DNA of 46,235 nt from Chromera velia (lineage: Eukaryota). The notes beneath the pieces were generated by a model. It was not told the DNA's origin, ran no database searches, and saw only the letters and a program-made list of their open reading frames with translations. The translations under genes were made by a program, and so were the position numbers. This document shows, one piece after another, positions 36,401 through 46,235 of this stretch. Each line of letters starts with the position of its first letter. The first letter of the stretch is position 1. The stretch spans positions 1-46,235 of the forward strand of contig JAHBMJ010000513.1 of NCBI GenBank assembly GCA_018398765.1, written 5' to 3'.

Positions 36401-38010
36401 ACGCAACGCAATTGCAGTGATTCCTTCTTATGCTCTTTTTATTTCTTCTTCTGGGATCTCAATTCGTTTCTTCTCCCTTGCCCCCTTTTCCTTTCCCCTG
36501 TTTCCGCTTCTTCCATGGATTCATCCATCGCCTGCTTTTTTGTTGTCGATGTGATTTGCATCGCAGGGAAAAGGTGGGACGGGGAAGTGGGGGGTGGGGG
36601 GGGTGAGGCAAGACGAGCGGAATGCTGAAAGGAAGGAAGAGTGGTTGTGGGAGTGTCTGAAAAGAGAGAGAAGCAGGCAGAGGGTTGTGCGGAAGGGATC
36701 GGACGAACGAATCAAGGTAGGGAAACAAGTGTGTGTGTGGGTGGGTGGGTGGATCGCGTTGCGAAAAAGCGGGAAGGTGATTTCACACCACCAGACCAGG
36801 CCTAGCTCAAATGTTACTCTTCTCTTTCTGTTGCACGCTCTTTTGAACAGGCAAGGACGTTTCCTTTTCTTTTCTTTTCCTGTATTCATTTGTTTACATC
36901 ATCAGTTTACATCATCACCCAGCAACCCAACAACCGTCAAGCACTGTCTGTCTAGCGATGTCGCCAGACTTACGCACGCACAAGCAAAGAAGGAAGGAAG
37001 GAAGCACCAAAGTCTTTTGAGTTCCGTTCCTTCTCTGAACCCTCATTCTCCCTTTCATTTCATTTCATTTCATTCCCTCGTGGTGTTGGGGAGTCCAGAG
37101 GCGAAAAGGAAAGGAAAGGAGAAAAAGGGAGTGCTCTCGTGAAAGAGAAGACGGAAAGTTAAGAAAGAAAAAGGGGAAGAGAAAGAGAGACGTGTGAATT
37201 CGCTTGTGCAGTTCTTCTTTCATTCCATTGCTTTTCCTATTCACCGCTCGTTGGGATCGAAAACTCGCTTTTCTTTTCTTTTCTCTTCGGCAGACAACAG
37301 CCGGCCGTCTCTCTGTGTGTCTCTCTCCTTCACTTAAGTCTTCAGTTTCACTCACGCACTCACTCACTCACTCGTTATCATGAAGGGGGAAGACAGGAAG
37401 TTCCGCAGCTTGCCTCCCCTACTCAACCCAAATTGCATGCCTCCCTTGCAGTCAGTCAGTCAGTCGTCTGAATGTATGGGCACACGGAGTGCCCAAGAGA
37501 GGGAGAAATCTCTCTGCCTTCATGCGCTCGTGTGGGGCTGACAGCGGTTTTTCTTTCCTTCCTCTGTACCCTTTCTTGCAAAGTCAAACCAGCATGCAAG
37601 CAGCAAGCATCGGTCTCTGCCTTTTTTCCCGTTGTGTGTTTTAAATACCATCATCTCTTTTATTCCCCTTGAATTGTCTTTCCTTTTCAGTTTTATTGTC
37701 TTGTTCTGGTCGTGTGCTGTTTTTGCGTTTCCAGTCTCTTCTAGAAGAGGAAGACGAGAAGAAGTAGATGGAGAAAGAGATATATAGTGTTGAAGGAAGA
37801 GAAGCGAAAAAGAGAAGAAAAGACACGAAAGAGGGCAAATGTACGAATTGAATGAGATTGGATCAATCACTCAACGCCTCAAACGAATGTAGGCAGGGAA
37901 AGAGGAGGAATGACAAAAAGGTCGAGAAAGAGGAAGGAAGGAAGGAAGGAAGGAAGGAAGGACAAAAAAGGAGGAGTCCCTCCCTTCGGAAGCAATCAAC
38001 GAAAGACGAT

Positions 38011-38049
<39 letters not shown>

Positions 38050-38816
38050 GAAAGAAAGAAAGAAAAGTGATGGGTTTCAAGAAATACATCCAAATACTTT
38101 TATTTTAATCGAAGTATTGACAAACCAACCAACCCCTTGACAAAAACGAAGAAACAAACAAATGATCTTCCTCCCACCCCAAATGTTGTCCTCCAGTCTC
38201 TCTCTCTCTCTCTCTGCCTCCCTTCTCTTCCCGTAAATCTCGGCATCAGCTGTCAAGCCTTCATCCTTCCCTCCCACCATCCCTCGATCGGCATCTCGTC
38301 CCCCAACGCCTACAGAAACAGACAACACAAACAAACAGTCAGTCAGGCGGAAAGGAAAAGAGAAGACAGCAAGAGAAGGCAGCAAGAGAGAGAAATCGGC
38401 GTTTCCAAAAAGCCGCACGCCGATCCGAACGCCAACCAACCAGCCAGCCCGGCAGGCAGACGGACGGTCAAACAAACAGGCCGAATGAAAGAAAGACCCG
38501 CACTCCATGAATGGACCCATGATGGGTCCACAAAGAAACGCCCACACAGTTTTCAGGTGAGCTGTCTTGCTTGCTTGAGTCACCCACTCAACGAACGAAG
38601 GAACGAACGAACGAAGGAACCAGCAAAAGTGAACACACAAACACATGCAGCATCCATCTCTCTCGTCCATCCATCGGCTGCTCACGCCTCACCATGACAA
38701 TCAAGTGAGAGTGTAAGGGCTGTGGAAGAGTAAATAGACCTGTCTCTTTCTCTGTCTTTCTGTCTGTCTCAACGCATCATTCATTCATTCATTCATCCAA
38801 TCATCGATCAATCAAA

Positions 38817-40741
38817 TCAATACATGTAGTCCCCCGGTCCCCCCGGTTCCTGTCCAAACATCGGGTCGTGTGGCCACCCATTCGGCATTCCTCCCAGGCC
38901 GAAGGGGGGGGGTGCTCCTTCTCGCCACCCCGTCGAGGGGTCAGCAAATGCTTTCACGGGGGTCCCCCCCGGCCCCCTCCCTTTGCCGCCACCCCGCGAT
39001 GCTGCTGCTGCTGCTGCTGCGGCTGCCGCTGCTGCAGCGGCAGGACCTTCATCTCCGGTTGGAACCCTTTGGCGGTGCGCACCGATACCCCCCATCGTTC
39101 CTGGTCCCCTTTCCTTCCCCCCCCTCATTTCTGCCCCCACAGGATATGCAGGAGACGGAGGGAAGCGCCCACCACCTTGCAAATACGAGGCGGCGGCTGC
39201 TGCTGCTGCTGCTGCACCAGGCGGGGTTTGGCTTTGTGCGGCCGTTGAGGGGCCGGCACCTACTGATGAGTGTGGGTAGTACCCCCAACGCCCTCCTGCG
39301 AAGGGGCTGGGGCCGTGGGCCCTCCCGGACCCTCCCCAGAAATCCCAAACGGACATGCCGGGGCCGGCCTGGGGCGGGCCGCCGTAGAAGGCTGGGTGCT
39401 CGAATGGACCGGCAGGGAAGGGGCGGCCCCAGGGGCTGTCTCCGGCCGAAGCCGCCAAGCCTTGTGCCAACCCCTGCTGGCGATAATATTCCATCGCCGC
39501 CATCTCCCTCGCAGACGGTGACCGCCTGTCCCCCGCTCCACTCTTGGCTGGATCCCCTGCGTGGGATGGGGCAAAGCGGGAATCTCCCGCGAGAGACGGT
39601 GCGGGCGTGCTGTCAAGTCCTGTGGCTGAGGGAGGGAAAGGTGGAGTCGTCCCTTTCCTTGCTGTCCCTGCCGCCATATGCACGAAGATCATCCGCCCAT
39701 TCACCAGCTTCTGTGGGTCCTGGAGTGCCCGACTCGCCCCATCTGCTGATGCAAATGTGACGAAACCATACCCTTTGCTCTGCCCATCCTTCCCACACAA
39801 CACTACTGCCTCCTCTATCCCCCCATACTCCTTGAACATCTCCCGTAGTTTCTCGCTGTTGGTTGCGTAGTCCAAATTTCGAACAAATAACTTCCTTCTG
39901 TACTTGGAATCTGATGGGCCCTGCACGGACACATCCTCGGCCGCGTCGGCCTTCCGAGCCCCGAAGGTGAAGCCGAGCGGTTCTGCAGCCAGCTGCACCG
40001 TCAGCTCCCTTCCCTTGAGGCTGACCGGCTCAAGACACGCTTTCCTCGCGCTCTCTACCGATTTGAACGTGATGAAAGCGTATCCCTTTGACTTCCCGTT
40101 TTTAGTCACAAGGGAACCTTCCTCGATCTCACCGAACTGAAGACAGGAGGGAAAGCAGGCAGACAGACAGAGACAGAGTGGGTGAACAGTCACATGAAAG
40201 CAAAGTACTGTGAGAAGTCGAAGAAGGCAGATCAGAAAAGACAAGTGGGCTGGAGGAGAAGGGAGCGGGTGCAGGGCCTGACCTCTCTGAATCGCTTCAA
40301 TAGATCGTCATTGCTCGTGTTGTAACTGATGTTCTTCACGTACAGGCGTCTGTGCGCCCTACTGCTTTCTACTGCGCCCCGTATTCGTTCCTCGACTTCT
40401 GGAATCTCGAAAGCTATGTCAATCAGCATCTCTGACATCTGCTCTTTCGAGAATGGAAGGAGCAGACATCTGATCTCCTCTCGCCTCGATACGGGGGCAG
40501 GTAACGGCTTGGTGGCTGAGCTTCCGGCTGCCACATCCTCTGACCCCGGTGCTGCTGTGTCAACATGCCCTTCCCCGAGATCCCCCCCACTCAACGGACT
40601 GGACTCAGACCCCCTTCCTCCCTTCGACGGATCAAATTCTAGACGTGCCCCTTCAGTAGGAACCTGAACAGGGGGGGGGGACTCGGTTTCATCCCGTAAG
40701 GATCCCTCCACCTCGTTGTCGATCTTCTCCTCTCCCTTCAT
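38817..40741 (-). CDS. Two-RRM RNA-binding protein, similar to plant UBP1-associated protein 2 (UBA2), about 592 aa
   Basis: Coding exons 40741-40283 and 40136-38817 (GTCAGG...TTCAG intron, phase 0). The pre-RRM helical motif LLLPFSKEQMSEML is followed by RRM1 (RRLYVKNI...KSKGYAFITF), RRM2 (RKLFVRNL...QSKGYGFVTF) and a G/P/A-rich tail. A probable 5'-UTR intron lies at about 40855-40799 (GTAAGT...CAG). Confidence 0.88.
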
Positions 40742-41392
40742 CGACCTCCGCTCCTCCGTCCTCCCTTCCGATCCTGCACTCAGCAATTTCACACACACCT
40801 GATCAGGATAAAGCCGATACGGAAGCAGGTTGATCAGCACTCTGAAGACACTTACCTCTGAGCCTTCGCTCTTTTGCAGGTGAACGCTGTTAGTATTGGA
40901 TGACACAGAAGATCGTCAGGAGGTCTCTCATGACGGACTCGCCTCAGACTCCAAGTGAGAGCTGCCTGCCGTTTCGAACGCTCAGCAATGCAACGAATGG
41001 AGATGAAGAGGGGCAAAACGTCTTTGTGGCTTTCAAGGCAGTTTGTGATCTTCTGGAGTGTCCTCTCTCCCTTCTTGTCCCACTTCTGAGTGTGCAAGCA
41101 CGCCACGCACCGTACGTTTCCTTCTTGTATCCGGCCCCGGAAAGTCCAATTTTCTGGCCTGCATGCAGGAACGATGCCGGACGAGGATCGCTCGTCCTTT
41201 GGTCCGGGAAAGCGAAATTTTGGCACGCAGCGCCACAGATGGCAAATCGACTGGCATGGGGAGTGTGTCATCTGTTGTTTGTCGGATCGATCGACGTATA
41301 CAATTTGATCTGTCAGTATTGTTCCTTTTTTAAAAAAATATCGATGTACGTAATTTTCTGCATATATCGATATATATATGCATGTGCATGCG

Positions 41393-41426
<34 letters not shown>

Positions 41427-41638
41427 TTCACTGTGCAAAGAAATGCAAAGAATGCCAGGACTTTTGCAGCCCTGTCCATCGTTCTCTCTGGCTTGACTTC
41501 CTTGTGAGGGCCGAAAAGCGTTTCAAAGGTCTTCTTGTTTCTTTGCTTCGAGGAGAGCTCGAGTGAGTAGCAGTCCGTCGTTGATTTTCAATTTCTGAAA
41601 ACCCAGCGTGCAAGTCGAGTTCGGTTGCCAGCTTCAAG

Positions 41639-43315
41639 ATGGCAACGGCGTACATGACACACCACGAACGCCGCACCGTACAGGAGGCGCTGAAGAACAC
41701 GTACAGACCGACTGATCAGCCGTCTTGGCTGAAACACGACCGTCAAGTTCTTCGGTTCTTCGGATACTTCCAAGAGCCCGTGACCGAATGTGCCTCTGAA
41801 AATTTCCGAGTCCGAAACTGTGTCTTCCTCTTCTATCTTGAGGACGGCACCCTCCAAATCAATGAGCCAAAGATTGAGAATTCAGGCATTCCTCAGGGGA
41901 TCTTCCTGAAAAGACACCGAGTGCCACGACCCGATGGCAATGGTGCAAGCATCAACATCGCAGATCTGAAGATGTCAACCAATATCACCATTTACGGTCG
42001 GTGTTTCCGTCTTGTAGATGCCGATGAGTTCACCAAATGGTTCTGCAATGAGGCAGGCATCGATATCGGAGAACCCGAAACCACACGCCCCGATAACTTC
42101 TTCGAGAACGCACTCCAGCAGAAATCCCGCATCGGTGCCAAAAAAGTCCTCCCAGCCGAAGTCATGGACTCCAAAGAATTTGCCGAAATGGCCGCAGGGG
42201 GTTCCCGCAGAAACGTTGGACTCAAACAGTTCCTCGAAAACGACAGAAGAGTCCTCCGTTTCTACTGCTATTGGGATGACACAGCCCGATACGGTTCCCG
42301 TCTGTACTACACTATTCTGTTCTTCCTGTGCGATGACACCCTTCAGATTATCGAACAACAGGCAAGAAACTGCGGGAGAGCCCCATTCAAAGTCTTTCTC
42401 CGCCGCATGAAACTCCCAAAGACCCCCAATGTCACCCACTGCCCCGCCATGATGGAAAACCCCCCGAAATACTACAAACCCGAGGACCTCACCATAGGTA
42501 CCGATATCAAGGTCTTCTCAAGAGACCTGCATCTGTACGATTGTGACGACTTCACCCGTGACTTCTTCAAAGCCTACGCAGGAATCGAACAGGGCAAAGA
42601 ACCCATTCCCAACCCCCCCCTTCAGGTCCCCCGTCTCTCCTACCCCCCCCATCATGGGATCGGGCAGCCTGAGGACTCCCTGGGCTCCTGCCTTGCCCTC
42701 GTTCCGAAGGTTCCCAGAGTCGATACCGTCAAGCTCCATGCGTTGTCGGAGGTCCTCATGCGCTTTGAGGCCCGCATGATCGATGGACAGAAAGAAGACG
42801 AGCCCCGCCGATTCATTGTCGGTGTCCGCCCTGCTGATGACCGTATCGGATGTTGGGAGAAGAGGCAGAGAAACAGCGGGCAGGTCGAGGGGAAGTTTGC
42901 AGAACTAGGGCGGAAGAAGAACCCGTACACTGGAAACTGGTACCAGTGTCACGAGTTCTATGTGGGGGCAGTTGTGTACATTTCCTCAGCAGCGTTCCTG
43001 CTGATGAAGTGTGATGAGTACTCCCAAAAGTTCTTCGAAAAAGATCCTGAGTGGTTCCCCTTCGCGAACCTCCAGAATGTCGCTGCTCGCTTGAAGCCTG
43101 CAGCAGTAGCAATGTCCGGAGAGGGTCTCAGCACAGTCTCCCCCACCGCTCTCTTCCAGAGAGCCCTCGAGGGGGGGCTCGATGTTGTAGAGCACGACCT
43201 CGTGACTCTCTCCCGACACGCGTCGGACGGGGCCGCGACCGGGTTGGGCCTCGAAGAGCTGGAGACAGCGGGAGTACAGCTCAGCCTGGAGAAGGTCGTC
43301 CAGCTGGCTGGATGA
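41639..43315 (+). CDS. EFHC1/EFHC2/RIB72-type axonemal microtubule inner protein with three DM10 domains, single exon, 558 aa
   Basis: Three DM10 repeats: HDRQVLRFFGYF...FYLEDGTLQINEP..ENSGIPQG.FLKRH...DADEFT; NDRRVLRFYCYWDD...FFLCDDT...DCDDFTR; LMRFEARM...RRFIV...DD.I..WE..RNSG...GKF...KCDEYS. The linker PPHHGIGQPEDSL.SC..LVPK is conserved. The C-terminal EF-hand region looks degenerate. The EFHC1 versus EFHC2 subtype is not resolved. Confidence 0.93.
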   Translation: MATAYMTHHERRTVQEALKNTYRPTDQPSWLKHDRQVLRFFGYFQEPVTECASENFRVRNCVFLFYLEDGTLQINEPKIENSGIPQGIFLKRHRVPRPDGNGASINIADLKMSTNITIYGRCFRLVDADEFTKWFCNEAGIDIGEPETTRPDNFFENALQQKSRIGAKKVLPAEVMDSKEFAEMAAGGSRRNVGLKQFLENDRRVLRFYCYWDDTARYGSRLYYTILFFLCDDTLQIIEQQARNCGRAPFKVFLRRMKLPKTPNVTHCPAMMENPPKYYKPEDLTIGTDIKVFSRDLHLYDCDDFTRDFFKAYAGIEQGKEPIPNPPLQVPRLSYPPHHGIGQPEDSLGSCLALVPKVPRVDTVKLHALSEVLMRFEARMIDGQKEDEPRRFIVGVRPADDRIGCWEKRQRNSGQVEGKFAELGRKKNPYTGNWYQCHEFYVGAVVYISSAAFLLMKCDEYSQKFFEKDPEWFPFANLQNVAARLKPAAVAMSGEGLSTVSPTALFQRALEGGLDVVEHDLVTLSRHASDGAATGLGLEELETAGVQLSLEKVVQLAG

Positions 43316-44149
43316 GAAGATGGGAAAGGGATTTCTCTGCTTTCTCTGCATGGAGTGGCTGAGTCTGCTTGACTCCGTCTCTACCTACTGAGTCCCTTTC
43401 CGATCAGTCCATACTGAAAAATGAAGAATGAGTGGCAGAAAGCGAAGGAGGGGGTAGGAAGGATGGGTGGTGAGCCTGCTCTGTTGACTGTCGCGCAATG
43501 GACAGGCCCGTGTGGGATCGGGGGTTCAGCTGCATAGGGTGTGAGGGGGAAGGGGGCGGCGTCAAGATTCATGAGTGACATGATGCCTGCACGTGAGTGT
43601 TTGCGTGTGTTGAATGATGGATCGATGGGTGGCGTTTGTAATTTGCAAGTTTGCAGATGGGAGGAAGGAAATTGAATGCAATTCAAAGGAGGGTCGATGT
43701 GTCTCCTTCCAGGACACATATGTACATGCGAAGGGAGGAATGGGATTTTCAAGCACTCCAGTCTCTTTCCAGAGGCATGCGGGATGCAATGGAAAGCAGA
43801 GAGAATCCATGCAGGCTGTGGCTGAGGAGCTCCGGCTCCATGCAGATACAGATTACATTGCGATGGAAAGGGGTGAGAATGCTGTGCTTTCCTCGGTCAC
43901 TCAAAACACTCGGATTCTTCGAGATCGACACCTAGATCGACACCAATTTACAAGGCCGGGACGCGAAGAGATGGTCCCTAGGAAGTTCCCGCGATTTCAT
44001 GCAAGGCCAAGTTTGCATGTGGGTGGACCACATCCAACTTTTGGAATTGCTCTCGTGCAGGAGAGGGTAGGACGCAGAAAAGCCGTGAGACCAGCCCAAA
44101 TCAATCATAATTCATGCAAAACTGTATATGAAAATCCGGTAGTCCTATA

Positions 44150-44720
44150 AGCAATTAATATTATTAAGCATGGATCGAATGACTCAGAATAAAGACAACT
44201 AGATGCTTAGCTGTACGGTAGCCTGTACCATACAGCTTAAACTAGAGCTTATAAAGCTTCATCTTTATATTTTTTTCAATTGTTTGCAATCATAAACCTA
44301 GCTTTCATTTGATTTCATAATTATGCATGATTTTCTCCTAAATTATTGATTAGCTAGTTGATTAGTATATGTATTCTTCTCTCAGACCATATTTTCAAAA
44401 ACTGTTTGCATTGAACTTTGCAAAGAGTTTCATATTCTAGGCCTTGTGCTCCAATGAGATAAAAAAAAGAAAAAAAAACTAGCTGTGGAATTTCATTTTA
44501 TGTTTTAATACACCAAAAGCTTCATAACATATTAAAACAATCTGAGTCCATCCATCTTAGAGAGTGATAGTTTCTTGGAGTCTTAAACTCAGTCTTTTAC
44601 TAAATTAAATAGCTAATCAAATAAGTCAATTTTGCTTTCAATTCAACCTATATGATTGAATCAGATTAAGAAAATCTTTAATTCGGAAAGTAGATTTATA
44701 TAGAGATGCAGAGGACGCGA
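44150..44720. repeat. AT-rich, TpA/CTAG-rich island between convergent genes
   Basis: Abrupt AT-rich block (e.g. ttagctagttgattagtatat, aactagagcttataaagc) with no ORF and no recognisable element. Confidence 0.5.
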
Positions 44721-45006
44721 AAATTGGGAAAGGGGTTGTAGGAAAGAAAAGGGAGGCAGAGGACCGATGCCGGGTCAAGGGAACAGCTGAGATGGTCTAG
44801 ACGGGAAAGAGAGACGCACAGACATGAGCAAAGGCAGAAACACACATAAATTACACATCAGTCTTTACAGCAAAACGACCCAGCGCACAAGGGTCCACGG
44901 GGGCATGATTCTGCCTCTCTGGACGCTTCTATGTTCTCAAGAAGCCACCTTCTGAAATCTCGAGGAGCCTCGTATGCTAGCTCGAATGAGAAGGCGTGAC
45001 TGAAAG

Positions 45007-45675
45007 CTATAAGAAAAGCTCCTGTGTGGACGCCTGCTGTTTTTTGAACAAGCGGTCCGTCTCTGACGACAGTACCCCGCCCAACTGGCAGGGTGCAGGA
45101 TAGCTCTTGTCATGAGATGCCGCTGCGTCTTCAAAAACCTCCTGTGCCCTCATTGAAAAGGGTCCAAAACCTCCAATCTCCACCAGCGTGGGTCTAGAAG
45201 TACCGTAAACCACCAAAGAAATGCCAGCCCAAACTTCTGCGGCTGCACACATAGGACAGGACTCTGCAGTCGTGTAAAGAGCGAGTGGATCCGCAAACGT
45301 TCCGTCTACCCCAACAGCTTCTTGGAAGTTCCGAAGTGCAACAGTCTCACCGTGTTCCAACGGGTTGTTGATGTCTGCTGCCCCCTCTGCCAGTCTTTCT
45401 CGGGTTCGCACGCTAACCACACTTGCGGTGAACGGCCGTTGCAGTTCGATTGCCCGTTTCACTAAGTACTCCATTTCTGCCGTGTGGTTCAAGCTTGAAA
45501 AGGCAGCAGCGCAACCAGGCAAATTCTCTTCCCAGGAAGTCACAGAAGCGTCATACTCTTCTAGTAGAGCGTCGCTGAAAGGCCCAAAGGACTCTGTCTG
45601 AACAACGGTGCAGCTGCCAGGGCACAAGATAGAAAGGCCGCCCACCACGACCAAGACTTTTATCAACACGCCCAT
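45007..45675 (-). CDS. Zinc-dependent cytidine/guanine deaminase-fold protein with a predicted signal peptide, single exon, 222 aa
   Basis: ATG at 45675 and a hydrophobic N-terminus (MGVLIKVLVVVGGLSILCPGSC). CDA-family motifs: PFTASVV, NPLEHGETVAL (H-x-E), LYTTAESCPMCAAA (C-x-x-C) and WAGISLVVYG. Confidence 0.88.
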   Translation of the reverse strand: MGVLIKVLVVVGGLSILCPGSCTVVQTESFGPFSDALLEEYDASVTSWEENLPGCAAAFSSLNHTAEMEYLVKRAIELQRPFTASVVSVRTRERLAEGAADINNPLEHGETVALRNFQEAVGVDGTFADPLALYTTAESCPMCAAAEVWAGISLVVYGTSRPTLVEIGGFGPFSMRAQEVFEDAAASHDKSYPAPCQLGGVLSSETDRLFKKQQASTQELFL

Positions 45676-46235
45676 TCTCTGGAGACGAGTGGTCCGTTGC
45701 TCTCTTCGCCGTCACAAGTCTGTTGTCAATAAGAGCTTTCCAAAGAGTCTACAAAGAAAGCTTCACACTTTAAATTGCACGTCAAATCAATCCAGTTCCG
45801 ATCAGTGCACCCAGAATCAGTGCGTTCGATCATTGCATGTGATCTGCATAACAGTGTACATCGGTTGTTTGCAATCCTTAGCTGCGAATGCAACACTTGG
45901 TTCATGCAACACCTTGCCTGCATTAGGTAATCCAACTAATGAAGAGTCAAATGTATGGCAGCTGCACTAGCAAAAAAAATGACCCCTATTTTTGAAGGGC
46001 ATCTTGGCTGTGGACTTTGTCTCTATTCTTTTTTATTATGGTGGTCTCAGTACAAGCACTCCAATGGTGGACCCGCTTGCAGTCACCAGGCAGGCAGTCA
46101 GAGAAAAGAGAGCTCTGCAAGGAAGGGGGTTGCACATACAGAGAAGAAGGCAAAAAAGTGAAATCTGCATTGCATTCTTCCTCCCCTCTGCTTCTTTCTA
46201 TACATGCTTTTGCTACCAGAGTAACCAAAACAGCC

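Noticed and set aside
44150..45675. Idea that the deaminase next to an AT-rich island is the enzyme causing the C-to-T signature
   Set aside because: It has a secretory-type leader and resembles free-base/nucleoside deaminases rather than DNA editors. Similar islands flank unrelated genes, so adjacency is uninformative.
1..46235. CRISPR arrays, prokaryotic defence operons, rRNA and tRNA genes
   Set aside because: No regularly spaced repeat-spacer array, operon structure or recognisable structural RNA was seen, and the window is spliceosomal-intron eukaryotic DNA. A covariance-model scan was not possible, so small ncRNAs are not excluded.

Overview
Eukaryotic nuclear DNA, intron-rich and full of microsatellites. 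The gene content and sequence style suggest a chromerid/apicomplexan-related alveolate (Chromera-like); this is inference, not proven. Most entries in the ORF track are spurious, and the real genes had to be spliced by hand. Seven protein genes are supported: a partial micro-exon BTB/POZ-like gene (-, runs off the left edge); a 19-exon PPWD1 WD40-cyclophilin (+, 3806-12249); a 6-exon Unkempt-type CCCH zinc-finger gene with a possible SH3-like module (-, 20793-26598); an intronless stand-alone SET protein (+); a UBA2-like two-RRM protein (-); an intronless EFHC1/RIB72-type 3xDM10 axonemal protein (+); and a signal-peptide-bearing CDA-fold deaminase (-). The first six form three head-to-head pairs. 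Each tail-to-tail junction holds a sharply bounded AT-rich, TpA/CTAG-rich island, and two of the three contain recognisable transposon relics: a 5'-truncated LINE with a 3' stem-loop and repeat tail, a related LINE 3' remnant, and an inverted-repeat element around a decayed ORF. The best candidate for an undescribed system is a RIP-like repeat-directed C-to-T mutation process acting on these islands. Other leads are a GTnnG/TGCAG splice code and a 22-nt motif shared by the long downstream regions of the two RNA-binding-protein genes. No prokaryotic systems, CRISPR arrays, rRNA or tRNA were seen.
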